Source: Eledone cirrhosa (taxonomy: Eukaryota). From it: DNA of 64,000 bases. Positions 25,935 to 39,410 of this stretch are shown piece by piece. Each line of letters opens with the position of its first letter. The first letter of the stretch is position 1. Below the pieces are notes generated by a model. It saw nothing but the letters and a program-made list of their open reading frames with translations, had not been told where the DNA came from and searched no databases. Location: contig OZ024762.1 in NCBI GenBank assembly GCA_964016885.1, positions 24,738,001 through 24,802,000 on the forward strand, written 5' to 3'. Made by a program: the position numbers and the translations under genes.

Positions 25935-27670
25935 TGATGACAATAATGATGATGATGGCAGTGGTGGTGTTGGTGGTATAGATGGTGACGGTGGTGGTGG
26001 TGGTGGTGGTGGTGGTGGTGGTGGTGGTGGTGATAGTGGTGGTGGTGGTATAGATGGTGACGGTGGTGGTGGTGGTGGTGGTGGTGGTGGTAGTGGTGGT
26101 GGTGGTGGTGGTAGTGGTGGTGGTGGTGGTATAGATGGTGACGGTGGTGGTGATAGTGGTGGTGGTGGTGATAGTGATAGTGGTGGTAGTGGTGGTAGTG
26201 GTGGTGGTGGTGGTGGTATAGATGGTGACGGTGGTGGTGGTGGTGGTAGTGGTGGTGTTGGTGGTGGTATAGATGGTGACGGTGGTGGTGGTAGTGGTGG
26301 TGGTGGTATAGATGGTGACGGTGGTGGTAGTGGTGGTGGTGGTATAGATGGTGACGGTGGTGGTAGTGGTGGTAGTGGTGGTGGTGGTGGTGGTATAGAT
26401 GGTGACGGTGGTGGTGGTGGTGGTAGTGGTATAGATGGTGACGGTGGTGGTAGTGGTGGTGGTGGTGGTGGTATAGATGGTGACGGTGGTGGTGGTGGTG
26501 GTAGTGGTATAGATGGTGACGGTGGTGGTAGTGGTGGTGGTGGTGGTGGTATAGATGGTGACGGTGGTGGTGGTGGTGGTGGTGGTGGTGGTATAGATGG
26601 TGACGGTGGTGGTGGTGGTGGTGGTATAGATGGTGACGGTGGTGGTGGTGGTGGTAGTGGTGGTGTTGGTGGTGGTATAGATGGTGACGGTGGTGGTGGT
26701 AGTGGTGGTGGTGGTATAGATGGTGACAGTGGTGGTAGTGGTGGTGGTGGTATAGATGGTGACGGTGGTGGTAGTGGTGGTAGTGGTGGTGGTGGTGGTG
26801 GTAGTGGTATAGATGGTGACGGTGGTGGTAGTGGTGGTGGTGGTGGTGGTATAGATGGTGACGGTAGTGATGGTGCTGATGATGGTGGTGGTATGGGTGA
26901 TAGTGAAGGTGGTGATAGTGGTGGAGGTGGTGTTAGTGGTGGTCGTGGTGGTGGTAATAGTGATGGTGGTGGTGGTTATGGTGGTGGTGGTGATTGTGGT
27001 GATAGTGGTGGTGGTGGTGATAGTGGTGGTGGTGGTGGTGGTAGTGGTGGTGGTGGTGATAGTGGTGGTGGTGGTGGTGATTGTGGTGATAGTGGTGGTG
27101 TTGGTGATAGTGGTGGTGGTGGTGGTGGTAGTGGTGGTGGTGATAGTGGTGGTAGTGGTGGTGGTGGTGGTGGTAGTGGTGATAGTAGTGGTGGTTGTGA
27201 TAGTGGTGGTGATAGTGATGGTGGTGGTGATAGTGATGGGGATGGTGATAGTGATGGGGATGGTGATGGTAGCGGTGGTGTTGTTAGTGATGGTGCTGAT
27301 GATGGTGGTGGTATGGGTGATAGTGAAGATGGTGGTGGTGGAGGTGGCGGTAGTGTCGATATTGCTGTAGGTGTTATCTAGCTTTGCACTTTTAACCAGA
27401 ATATTGAATACACTAAAGTAGACCGTACAATACAGCAGCAACAACAACAGCTGCTGTAGCAGCAACAACAACAACAGCAGCAGCTGAAGAAAGAACAACA
27501 ACAGCAGCATAAACAACAACAACAGCTGCTGTAGCAGCAACAACAACAACAGCAGCACACACAACAACAACAGCAGCTGAAGAAAGAACAACAACAGCAG
27601 CTGAAGAAAGAACAGCAACAACAACAGCAGCAACATATGCACCGGAGAGTAATAACAACAACAACAACAC
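25935..27670. repeat. (GGT)/(GAT) composite repeat followed by (CAA/CAG) repeat
   Basis: Direct inspection. Confidence 0.9.
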
Positions 27671-27789
27671 CATCGGTCGATATGATATACATTAATGTAT
27701 TAATTACATGCTTGCTTTACACATACATGCGCAGCCCACATACATATATATATATATACTACATTATATATATATATATACATACATAC

Positions 27790-27851
<62 letters not shown>

Positions 27852-28084
27852 TATATATATATATAAGTACATATATATATATATATATATATACACAACA
27901 TATATATATATACACATGTATATATAGGAATAAATACGGTATGCGATATATATATATATAAATAAATATATATATATATATATACACATATATACATATA
28001 TACACATATATAAGTGTATATATATGTATACACATATTTACATATATATATAAGCATACACACACACACACACATATATATAAG

Positions 28085-28115
<31 letters not shown>

Positions 28116-28535
28116 TCACACATATGTAACCAAATAACAGTAAAGTGATTGACAAGAAAGAGTAAGCGAAGTATATATGTATGAATGTGTATGTGTGTGT
28201 ATGTGTGCGTGTGTGTGTGTGTCAGCGAGAGAGGGATAGTGTGAGATAGATAGATAGATAGATAGGACCGTAGTTTGTGGTGGCGGTGTTTGTGAGGAAG
28301 GAGAGAAAGGTGTGTTGGAAAATTTGTAGAGAATATGTATATATCGTAGTCTTTTCATCTTCTCTCGGGTTTCGACACTATGAACTTGCCATTTAGAGCG
28401 GAAATAGAGTTTTTGCTTACTTGAGAGATTTGATTTCAGAGCAGGCACCATTTTTGAAGTGCAGAAGATAATGGTCTTCTGTCTGTTATCGTCACTAACC
28501 TTCTACTTTCCTCCTCCTATTCCTCTCTAACCACC

Positions 28536-28585
<50 letters not shown>

Positions 28586-28646
28586 CAATAGACTACTCGT
28601 ATTAGACACGGAACTCTGGATTAACACTATAGACGAGAGAGACCAA

Positions 28647-29585
28647 ATGCTCCACTCACACTATGCTAAACCCATGGCCTCCAAATACCTGATACTCAAA
28701 AACTCAGCAATGTCCAGTAGTGATAAGTTTAATATTCTGATCGCAGATTTGGTACGAGTGATGAAGAATGTGTCCCGCATGTGCGACCCAAAAGAAATGG
28801 AAAGACACATCCAACACTTCATCAACCGCATGCAGTTCTCTGGCTACAACCAAAGAGACAGAGTCAGAGTATACGAAGGAGCCATGGAGAAGTATAAGAC
28901 CCTCATAGAACTGGACATGAAAGGAATTTGCCCATTATACAGGAGCAAATCATGGAATAGCTTAGATAGGGCTAGACATAAGATAGGGAAAGCCGCCTCA
29001 TGGTACGACAACCAGAGATACCAGAGTGTCATGTTTGTGGACGCCACCCCTGGAGGGAAATTAGCTAACCAGTGTAGAAAGGCCCTGAGAAAGACCCACT
29101 TAAAAATAAAGGTGGTAGAAAAGCCAGGAACCACCATAAAATCCCTGATCAACAAAACCTACCCTTTTAAGAAAACCCACTGTACTAATAGGAAATGTAT
29201 CATATGTAAGGTAAACCCCCGGATAAACTGTAAAACTAGAAACGTAGTCTATAGCATAAGATGTACAGAGGGTACTTGCAGAAACATGACAACAACATAC
29301 ATAGGCGAGACAGCTCGTAGCATAGGTGAAAGGATAGACCAACACTGGAGGGAACTAAAAGGACGAAAAAACGGTTCAGTACTATACGAACATGCCAGAC
29401 AACAACAAGACGATAACATAGACAACATAGAAATTAGAATAATATCTAAACATAGAAATGACCCAGCAGATAGGCAAATCAAAGAGGCTAATGAAATAGA
29501 ACTTAGAAGGCCAAGGCTAAACAGAATGAATGAATGGAATAACAACAACACCCAAACAAACAACACTGACCTAAGAGAAGTATAA
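28647..29585 (+). CDS. Penelope-like retroelement protein, 5'-truncated (RT thumb, Cys linker, GIY-YIG endonuclease); Naiad-like
   Basis: Frame open from 28587 (RLLVLDTELW); HYAKPMAS, SGY, GICPLYR..W, FVDATPG, CxxxxCxxC linker, VVYSIRC...YIGETARSIGERIDQH, RQIKEA, LN. Confidence 0.88.
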   Translation: MLHSHYAKPMASKYLILKNSAMSSSDKFNILIADLVRVMKNVSRMCDPKEMERHIQHFINRMQFSGYNQRDRVRVYEGAMEKYKTLIELDMKGICPLYRSKSWNSLDRARHKIGKAASWYDNQRYQSVMFVDATPGGKLANQCRKALRKTHLKIKVVEKPGTTIKSLINKTYPFKKTHCTNRKCIICKVNPRINCKTRNVVYSIRCTEGTCRNMTTTYIGETARSIGERIDQHWRELKGRKNGSVLYEHARQQQDDNIDNIEIRIISKHRNDPADRQIKEANEIELRRPRLNRMNEWNNNNTQTNNTDLREV

Positions 29586-29831
29586 ATAAATAAATAGATA
29601 AATAAATCAATCAATACATACACAAGCACAATAAAACACACACTAGTAAAGATAGAATACATTAACCAATACACAGTCACCCAATCACGAACACACATCA
29701 AACAAAACACTATACACACACGCAAACGCATGCGCAAAGAAGACAAAATAAAATAAACAAATAAATAAATATATAAACAGACTAAATAAAGATGGCGTAG
29801 AAAATACAATGCAACGGGAGGAAACAATAGC

Positions 29832-29873
29832 ACCACTGACGATGTTGCAGATGTGCAACGAAAGAACTTTGAT
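29832..29873 (+). ncRNA. Hammerhead ribozyme in PLE pLTR
   Basis: acca-CTGACGA-t-gttgca gatg tgcaac-GAAA-gaac-TT-tgat. Confidence 0.8.
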
Positions 29874-30342
29874 AAACTATATATATGTGTTTGTGTCTAT
29901 ATTGTATCTGTATTATTTTTGACCGTTGGTCAGTCAATGGCAACATTGAGGACCGAATAAATTAGATTACCGATATAAAAGACACAGAAGCGGAAACCAA
30001 CCAATCAGTGAGTGAGGTCTGTTATTAATTCTGACAATATTACACAAATATGACCCTCCCCAAGTATAAAAATATTTGTTTCGACACACAATTTCATATA
30101 AAACCCTTTTTGTACAGCCGACCATGTTATTACTCATTTTATATATATACGTACACACACATATCAATTCGGAAAATAAGCAAAGAGAGGTCAACGAACG
30201 AAAAAATCACAAAAAAAAAAAAAAAATGAAAAGAGAAAGACAAACGAACGACACAGATCTTCTAGGTCTTTAGTCGTCGAGATGGACTCTAGGGCATGCA
30301 TATATATATATATATATATATATATTCATTTTTTTGTGTGTG

Positions 30343-30389
<47 letters not shown>

Positions 30390-30393
<4 letters not shown>

Positions 30394-30600
30394 AAAGGCA
30401 AACAGAAATAACAAAGCAAACGACACAGTACAATGAAGAAATATATTATCAGTTACACTCTTGATAAATATGAAAAGAAGCTTAATGTTTCGGATGCTAG
30501 TACTTCTTCAGAAGAAAGGAGAAATGAAAGAAGAAATAGAAAGTGCGAGGAGACGGGTAAGGTAGAAACGGGAAAACATATATTTAGAGAACAATAACAG
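30390..30600 (-). mobile_element. Family C remnant with degenerate HHR (30481-30514)
   Basis: Reverse complement ctt-CTGAAGA-agtactagcatcc-GAAA-catt-aag; colinear with 3820-3945. Confidence 0.6.
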
Positions 30601-30621
30601 GTCCATTCATGTTGCCATCTC

Positions 30622-30673
<52 letters not shown>

Positions 30674-30857
30674 CATTCCTATTACATTTATATATATCTA
30701 TTCACATATACATATATATATATTCACATATACATATATATATAAATATGTAAATATATATTTATATATATATACATATTATATATATATACATATTATA
30801 TATATATACATATTATATATATATACATATTATATAAATATACATATTATATAAATA

Positions 30858-30939
<82 letters not shown>

Positions 30940-31420
30940 TTTGTGATAAACATGGCCAATATCTTCCGAAGGCAGAAAGCAATTTGTATGAACCTATCAA
31001 ATTAAGGAAGACAGATGCCAGTCGATACTACCTGATTTAATTTTGAGAATTTATTATCGATTAGTTATTCCTTCCTCTGTTCATTACTGTTCTCTTCTTC
31101 AGATCACAACACTAACCTCTCCTCACACCACTCTCTCTCCGCCTCTCTCTTAATTTGATGTTTTCAGCCATTACGTTCTCTACTTCTCTCTCTCCTATTA
31201 TCTCTTCCCTCTTTGTTTTATCCCCTTCTTTTCACACACATACTCAGCCTCTCTTTCTCATACACACACACATATACATACACCCACACACACATATACA
31301 TAAATACCCACACATATATACACACATACACCCACACACACATATACATACATACCCACACATATATACACACATATACACAGAAACACACCCATACACA
31401 CACACATATATATATATATA

Positions 31421-31480
31421 CAGGGTGTCCCAAATAAATGCCTACACACTTTAATTACCTGTCCAGGCAATATTTATTAG
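31421..31480 (+). mobile_element. Tc1/mariner terminal fragment
   Basis: TA|CAGGGTGTCCCAAATAAATG typical TIR; partner end not found. Confidence 0.5.
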
Positions 31481-31689
31481 AATGCTGCTGATGTGTGTAT
31501 GTGCAGAAACATCCGCAACCCGTAGTAAACAGCTGATGAAGGGAGACTGTCCACCACTTGTTTGTGTCCCCTTACCTTCTAACACCCATTATCAGCAACC
31601 ACACAGCCTTCTTCTCATCCATATATATATGTATAATTTAAAAAATATATATTTTACCCTCTAAAAAATTTGTTCCCTCCCTTTTCTCT

Positions 31690-32110
31690 CCCCTCCTCCT
31701 TTTTAATGTCTTTCCACCACTCCCCCTCACACCCTCGGAACTCTTTTCCTGCCCACTTTTCTCCTGATGAAGAGATTATGCCCGAAACGTCATCCCTCTA
31801 CTCCCACTCTCAAGCATGAAACTAATATTAACATTTGTACTGCCTCTTCGCTCATACGTTGTTTTTCTTTTGTTTTTTGTTTACTGTCTCAACTATAAAA
31901 ACAAATATATACATGTGCAAAAAGTAAATGGAGACAACAAAGCAAACAACACAGTTACATTGAAGAAAGATATTAAGATAACGTTGGATATAGTAGGAAA
32001 AGACTCATGACGTCTCGGACACTAATCTTTCATCAGAAGTTAGGAGAAATAAAAGATAAAATAAAGATGATAAAGATAGAGAGTGAGAGGATGAAGGAAC
32101 GAAAAATATT
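31690..32110. mobile_element. Two diverged family C remnants tail-to-tail, each with a decayed HHR (31761-31793 +; 32006-32040 -)
   Basis: CTGATGAagagattatgcccGAAAcgtc and reverse complement CTGATGAaagattagtgtccGAGAcgtc. Confidence 0.55.
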
Positions 32111-32334
32111 TTCTTGTGAAAAAGCATGTGTCTATTCAGTCAGCCATATTTATTTACAAAATAGTCCAACAAGTTGACCCATAGTAACAAAAAAAAGAAA
32201 AAAAGAAACCCTCGCCAAAGCTGCTTACTTGAAGCTAAAATAGATTCAAGATTCAAAATCTCAACCCTTCATGAACGCGATAGATTCATTGTTAGTTAGT
32301 GATAGTATTTTAGGGCAATTTGACTGTTAGTAAA

Positions 32335-32540
32335 GGCGCGTGGCTGAGTGGTAAAATAATTGGATATAGAATCGTGAGGTTAAGTTCGATTCTCGGACCA
32401 GGCGATGCGTTATGTCCTTGAGCAAGATACTTTGTTCCTCGTTGCTCCTTCTACATGGAGTTGCGACTGATAGATAGTATTAGCAATTGGAAAGACCAAC
32501 GGAAACATTGTTTCCTCGGTCCGATTTGACAAAACTCGAT
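32335..32540 (+). mobile_element. tRNA-derived SINE (second family), degenerate
   Basis: GGCGCGTGGCTGAGTGGT...GTTCGATTC...TGTCCTTGAGCAAG; 3' part similar to 11860-11920 (-). Confidence 0.7.
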
Positions 32541-32639
32541 CGACTCTTTCTCTTTTTGACTGTTATTTCTAGCTAACAGATTACTCTTTAACCTGTTTCA
32601 GCTAACTAGCTGAGGCCATGCTGGGGGATCACTATTGAC

Positions 32640-33505
32640 GCTACACTTTCTATAGCCTGCCTTCTTTGGTTGGCCATTGATGTTTAGAGGGAGTTTGTTA
32701 CTTCTGCCCATCTTATTTTTGCTTCACCTTGTGCTGTGGGTACATCTGGGATCTTTGTTAGAAGAATGTCGAGATGTTTCTTGAAACATCTACAGGCACA
32801 CCATATAGATCTCTTAGACTCTTTGGCAGCTTATTAAAGAACTGGGGACGTTTGAACTGTAGACTATTCCAGTATCTGGTCTTTATTCTTGACGCGAAGT
32901 ATGGAAACTTTGACACTACACAGTGGCGTCTCGTTCGCGGGTTGGTCCAGTTTTATATGCCGAGGTTTGGTATTAGTTCTTCCATGATCTTTCATACGTA
33001 TATCACAGCGTATCTCTCCCGTCTCCGCTCAAGGGAGTAAAGCTTTAGTTCTTTCAGCCTCTCCCAGTAGCTCCTCTCTTTTATTGAGTCAATCCTCTTG
33101 GTGTACCTTCGTTGGATTGCTTCAAGTTTGGTGTTAACTCTTCCATGATCTTCCATACTTATATCACAGCGTATCTCTCCCACCTCTGCTTCAGAGAGTA
33201 AAGCTTTAGTTTCTTCAACTTCTCCCAGCTGCTCATCTCTTTCATTGAAGCAATCCTCTTGGTGTAGCTTCGTTGGATTGATTCAAATTCTGTGGTTAGT
33301 TTGACCCTGTGGGGCGACCACAACTGAGTGTAATAGTCCAGTCGGCTCGGCTGAGGACTCGAGGCTGTGGTTAGTTTGACCCTGTGGGGCGATTAAAGGA
33401 TCAAACTAAGCCCGGAGCAATAGTCCAACCGGCTGGACTGAGGACAAGAGTCCTCCAGAGAACCAGCATTGTTTTCCAGGGTCTCTTGACCTGAAAGTTC
33501 TCAGA
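32640..33505 (-). pseudogene. CR1-clade LINE ORF2 C-terminal remnant with internal duplications
   Basis: LRTFRSRD..., RLDYYTQLWSPH, LEAIQRRYTKRI..SYWERLKELKLYSLERRRER, FFNKLP; the QRxYTKRI block is duplicated. Confidence 0.88.
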
Positions 33506-33944
33506 AATGTTTATATGCTTTTACAAGCTTATTAAAGTACACACCGTAAAAATGTCTAGGTCGCCATGTTGTTCATCATTTCATCATGCAACAAATTCAA
33601 ACCATGTATTCACCGTTTCAAACATAGGTGAACAATACAAAAAAGAAACAACAAAAAACAAAAGAAAAAAACAACATAAAAAAAACACAAAAAAAACAAC
33701 AACAAAACAATATGAAGGAGAAATTGATTTAACGTTAGTTTGAAATATATTTAATTACATGTAAAATTTAATTCTATATTAAATTTAATTATGTCTTAGA
33801 TTTAATTATATATTCATTAATGAGAGAATTGGTAAATAGTTGAACTGGCTGACCCTCCGCGGGTGTCACTAACAGCTCTTGTATTTTGAGGGGTTTTTAT
33901 TTGAGCAGTGGTAAACCTTGATACGTCGCCTGTTGAAGTATTGG

Positions 33945-35370
33945 TACCATTACTACCAACACCACAGCACCACTACCACCATACCACCACAGGAACAACA
34001 CACCACCATTACCACCACCAATACTACATACCACTACTACCAAACCACCACTAGCATCACTACCACACCACCATTACCACCACCACACCACCCACAATAC
34101 TATATACCACCACTACCATACCACCACTACCACCCTTACCACCACCACACCACCACCAACACTACATACCACTACTACCAAACCACCACTAGCATCACTA
34201 CCACACCACCACCATTACCACCACCACACCACCAACAATACTATATACCACCACCACACCACCACCAACACTACATACCACCACTACCACCATCACACCA
34301 CCACCAACACTACATACCACCACTTCCATACCACCATTACCATCACTACCACACCACCACTATTACCACCAATATTACATATCACCACTACCATACCACC
34401 ACAGAACCACTACCACTACCACAGCAACTATATACCACCACCACCACCACCAGCACACACCACAACACACCACCAGCATACACCACCACACACCACCACC
34501 ACCACCACGCTGCACAACCACCACCACCACCACGCTGCACAAGCACCACGATACCACCACCACTACACACAACCACCAGCACACCACCACAACCACCACT
34601 ACCACACTCCACTACACACCACCACCACTACCACACTCCACTACACACCACCACCAATACTCCACCACTACCACCACACACCACTACACACAACTCCCAG
34701 CACACCACCACAACCAACACCACCACTACCACCACACGATCACAACCCTCACCAACACACCACCACTATCACCACACTCCACCACACACCACCACCAACA
34801 CACCAACACACCACCACCACCACCAGCAACACACCACCACTACACACAACTCCCAGCACACCACCACAACCACCACCACCACACGATCACAACCCCCACC
34901 AACACACCACCACTATCTTCACACACCACCACCACCACCAACAACACACCACCACTACCACCATACTCTACACCACCACCACTACACCACCACCACCACT
35001 ACCACCACACGATCACAACCCCCACCACCAACACCAGCAACACACCACCACTACCACCATACTCTACACCACCACCACTACACACAACTCCCAGCACACC
35101 ACCACAACCACCATCACCTCTACCACCACACGATCACAACCCCCACCAACACACCACCACAATCACCACACCGCCACCAACACACCACCACCACCAGCAG
35201 CAGCAACACACCACCACTACCACCACCACTACACACAACCACCACCACCACTACTACCACACGATCACAACCCCCACCAACACACCACCACTATCACCAC
35301 ACTCCACCACCACCAACACACCACCACCACCAACACACCACCACTACCACCACACTCTACACCACACCAC
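33945..35370. repeat. (CCA/CAC)-rich low-complexity repeat
   Basis: Direct inspection. Confidence 0.9.
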
Positions 35371-35500
35371 TATTGACCTTTAAGGTAATTTTAACACAAT
35401 TCTCGGTGTCGAAAACCCTCTGGACACACGTAAAACCCCACAAAGACAACCAGACACAGAAAAATAACACTCCCCCACACGTGGCCGCCCGCCATATATG

Positions 35501-35552
<52 letters not shown>

Positions 35553-35855
35553 TAAAGTTAAATATTATTGTATATGTTGTTAGATATGGAAAAAATGATG
35601 TACATTAGATAGAAGACTAAAATACCCACACACACATATACACACACACATATACACACACATGTATATACACACACACCCACATATATACACAGACTCA
35701 CACACCGCACATAGACACACACCCCACAAACACACCACTCACACACATGCACACCATACGAACAATAACGGAATTCGACTGATGTCTGTGTGTGTAAATG
35801 TATGTATACATGTATGTATACGTGTGTATATATGAATGCATCGATGTATCTTTGC

Positions 35856-35905
<50 letters not shown>

Positions 35906-36081
35906 GTGTGTGTGTATATGTATGAATGCATCGATGTATCTTTGCGTATGTATATATATATATTTATGATATATATATATATGTATATATATGTATGTAT
36001 ATATATATTTATGATATATATATATATATATATATTTATCTATATGTATGTATTCTTATATATTTATCCCTTTGTGCATAT

Positions 36082-36157
<76 letters not shown>

Positions 36158-36494
36158 TATATTTATTTATATTAAGTTATTGACTGTTCGATTAGTAAAT
36201 ATTAAAAAAAATATATCCAAATATCCATCATTATACATCTGCAAGTTAGAGTTTGTTTACACGATCTACCCGGAAGACAGAGAACGTCACATCTGAATAT
36301 TTTACCAATATGTAGATTGTATCATTTACACGAACATAATTGATTTACTAATTAAGAATTTAATTAAAATTCTGGGAAATGCAAAAATTTAATCGAATTC
36401 ATTTTACGAGTAATATGATTTGGTGAAAAGAATTTATACACACAAACGTCAGCCAACCAGCACATGTTGACTAAATATGTATGGTACTAGTGTG

Positions 36495-36642
36495 TGGGTA
36501 GGCTGAAGAGTTCGTAAGTTGAATATGAAGGAATGGTGCTAGAGCTCTGAAATCTTGCATGCATTACATTAATTTCAACTCTTCTTCTTAATATTTCATT
36601 TGGTCAGTCCATGAGAGTATCTTGGTCAACTGACCCTCGTGT
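36495..36642 (+). mobile_element. Mariner-like MITE (second copy 37782-37968; fragment 38158-38182)
   Basis: GGTAGGCTGA...GAAATCTTGCATGCATT...CCATGAGAGTATCTT...CCCTCG shared; TIR-like ends. Confidence 0.55.
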
Positions 36643-36649
36643 AAGTGTG

Positions 36650-36707
<58 letters not shown>

Positions 36708-36718
36708 TATATATATAT

Positions 36719-36901
36719 AACAAAGAAAGTGTGGTAAGGAACCAGGTGGACCATAATGCACCAGAGTACTCGATACTCAGGGTAGTAGAGTGGGTAATAG
36801 GAAAAGAGTCAGGACCCCGACGGCTGAGCTCCAGCCGTTTCGACATCTAGTTCGGATGTAGTTGTCGAAACGGCCGGAGCTCAGCCGTCGGGGTCCTGAC
36901 T

Positions 36902-36905
<4 letters not shown>
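36719..36905 (-). mobile_element. Family D fold-back mini-element
   Basis: Arms 36803-36849 / 36856-36905; half-HHR GAAACGGCTGGAGCTCAGCCGTC. Confidence 0.75.
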
Positions 36906-36966
<61 letters not shown>

Positions 36967-36967
36967 G

Positions 36968-37343
36968 GGTGGGTAAAATTCCCGAGATCCAAGGACGAGT
37001 TCTCTCCAGCGGTCTCTGTCCCTCATCATTGTTGCCATGTCCTGCGTCTCTAAGAGACCAGTGTCTGTCCTTAGGGAATCAACATATGTAAACCTCGGTC
37101 TCCCTCTTCCAGTGTGTCGATGCAGGGGCTCCCAAAGGAGCACTGAGTGCAGTGTCAACTCTCGATGTCAGTGAACATGTCCAGCTAACCTCAGTCTCCT
37201 CTGTGTCACTTTCGAGCTGACTTTTGGGAGGCTCCCGTACAGCTCTGAGTTCTTCACCCTCAGTGTATACTGATTAATGTTCAGAGCCATCCTCAACATT
37301 CTCGTGTAGCACCCATCCACCATCTGAGTGAGTTTCTTGGTCA

Positions 37344-37345
<2 letters not shown>
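36968..37345 (-). pseudogene. RTE-clade LINE 3' fragment in (TA)n
   Basis: DGCYTRMLRMALN...RRLRLAGHVH*HRE...LLWEP...GRGRPRFTYVD...DRDRWR. Confidence 0.9.
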
Positions 37346-37387
<42 letters not shown>

Positions 37388-37539
37388 TCACACGAGGATC
37401 AGCTACACTGTGAGATAAGACTAGGCTCCTCGTTTCGGTGCCATCCATTACTGGGCTCCAAAACTATGGTTCCATTGTGTGAATGGTTGGGCTCTGAAAA
37501 CTAGGTTCAGTTGTGAGACGGGTTCGGCGCGGCCAACTG

Positions 37540-37772
37540 GCCTGTCCCTCCTCATAACAGAGCCATCTAGTTCCACACTGTAAACGTGTTTGGCGTTAGG
37601 AAGGGCATCCAGCTGTGAAATACCCAATCACATTTACAGTCCTCACTGGAGCAATGTGCGACACATACTGAACCTTTGCCAGACTTGCCTCCCGGCATCG
37701 ACGACCCGTCTAACCCATGCAAGTATGATAAAATTCACGTTAAACGGAAATGATGATGTTGATGATGGTGAT
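37540..37772 (+). mobile_element. SINE 3' portion with (GAT)n tail
   Basis: GGCGTTAGGAAGGGCATCCAGCTGT...AACCCATGCAAG..GTTAAAC-GATGATG. Confidence 0.6.
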
Positions 37773-37965
37773 ATATATATATTTGAAGGTAGGCTGAGTA
37801 CGAACGAGCGATGAAAGAAACGTGAAATCTTTCATGCATTAATTTCGACTCTTCTGCTTAATATCCGCATTGTTTCTTTCCAGGGACTATGATGAAAAAA
37901 TAAACTTAATTTAGTCATTCCATGAGAGTATCTTAGTCAACCTAGAACATTTTCAGCAGGCCCTC

Positions 37966-38011
<46 letters not shown>

Positions 38012-38019
38012 CAGCCCTC

Positions 38020-38049
<30 letters not shown>

Positions 38050-38053
<4 letters not shown>

Positions 38054-38268
38054 AAAGTAGGGTAAGAAACCAGGTGGACTATAACGCACCAGAGTACTCA
38101 ATACATAGAGTAGTAGAGTGGGTAATACTGATGTTGATGATCATGATATGTATATATTTGAAGGTAGGCTGACTATGAAGGACTGATATGAGATATACTG
38201 CTTGGTTAGTTCGGATCTATCTGTCGAAACGGCCGGAGCTCAGCCGTCGAGGTCCTGACTCTTTTCCT
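38050..38268. mobile_element. Family D remnant, rearranged
   Basis: 38050-38127 matches 36722-36798; 38208-38268 is the inverted arm. Confidence 0.65.
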
Positions 38269-38269
38269 A

Positions 38270-38605
38270 TATCATCATCATCATTCGTCGACTACTGTCG
38301 AGATGATGGATTTCACTCTCATGCCCCAGAATTCCCTGTCCCCCATCGCTGCCCCCAGGTCCTGTCTACTGATTCCCGTATCCCTAGAGATAACGTCAGG
38401 GAATGACAGCTTCCTACTCCTAGTCAGGCTGGAGTCAGGGTTCCAGAACAAGAGAGCGGATATGATTTCATTGCTGGCACGGTGACAGTGGCCAGCAAAT
38501 TGAGCTCTCCGGGATTTTAGAAGGGCAGAGGCTCGAGGGAGTTTGCCATAGATTTTAGACAAGGTGGGACGTCGTTTCCAGGATAGGTTTTGCATACGTT
38601 TTCCT
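38270..38605 (-). pseudogene. RTE-clade LINE 3' fragment with (TGA)n tail
   Basis: NLSWKRRPTLSKIYGKLP...RRAQFAGHCHR...LLFW...DREFW. Confidence 0.88.
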
Positions 38606-38678
38606 ATATACATACATATACATATATATATATATATATATATGTAAGAATATTTTCGAAACAGTGAGTGGGTTTTAA

Positions 38679-38894
38679 ATTATTAGAAATGTAAGCTATC
38701 GCCGTATTTTGACTAAAGAAATTAAAGAAATTATTTAGCCTGATAGTGGAAGAACCCTCGGAGAAATGGAAAAAGATGAGCATTGACGTACAGGGGAGTC
38801 CATTTCTCCGAGGGTTCTTAACCCCACTATCAGGCTAAATAATTTCTTTAATTTCTTTAGTCAAAATACGGCGATAGCTTACATTTCTAATAAT
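38679..38894. repeat. Fold-back palindrome, arms of about 90 bp, spacer about 30 bp
   Basis: ATTATTAGAAATGTAAGCTATCGCCG...GAAATGGA / TCCATTTC...CATTTCTAATAAT. Confidence 0.9.
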
Positions 38895-39007
38895 ATATAT
38901 ATATATATGATTTGGTGAAATAATTTAACCCCCCCCCCCCACACACACAAGCACATATATATGAGGTCTGTTGAAAAACGTATTCGTCGTTATTTCCCTC
39001 CACTCAA

Positions 39008-39365
39008 TTGGCTTAGAGGTTACGATGTACGGATGGCAATCGTAAGATCGTGTTTTTGAATCCTGAGTCCGTGTTGTGTCCTTAAGCAAGACACTTTATT
39101 TCACGTTTGTTCCAGTTCACTCAACAGGGGGACATATTCAACTTTATCTCTACTCATCCCTGTTGGGTTAGTAGCCAGGACGTATGACTGGCAATTGTAA
39201 GATCGTGGGTCGCGGATCGTGCTTTGGAATCATGTGTCCTTGAGCAAGACACTTCATTTCACGTTTGTTCCAGTCCACCCAACGGCGAAACATAAGTTTT
39301 ATCTGTATTTCAAAATGGTCAGCTTTACCATACACTGTGTTACAAGTAATATAATTTGGTGAAAG

Positions 39366-39410
<45 letters not shown>

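Larger units (their letters stand above)
28587..30170 (+). mobile_element. Truncated Penelope-like element with HHR-containing 3' pLTR, inserted at (TA)n
   Basis: ORF plus 3' region homologous to 51300-51790 and 62477-62765. Confidence 0.85.

Noticed and set aside
23657-27642. Pro/His/Thr-rich and Gly/Asp-rich ORFs resembling extensin, mucin or shell proteins
   Set aside because: GGT-derived repeats open on both strands; no signal peptide or splice context
30045-30090. SECIS-like ATGA...AAA in the Naiad 3' region
   Set aside because: No complementary stem or GA quartet partner, and no in-frame TGA in the ORF fragment
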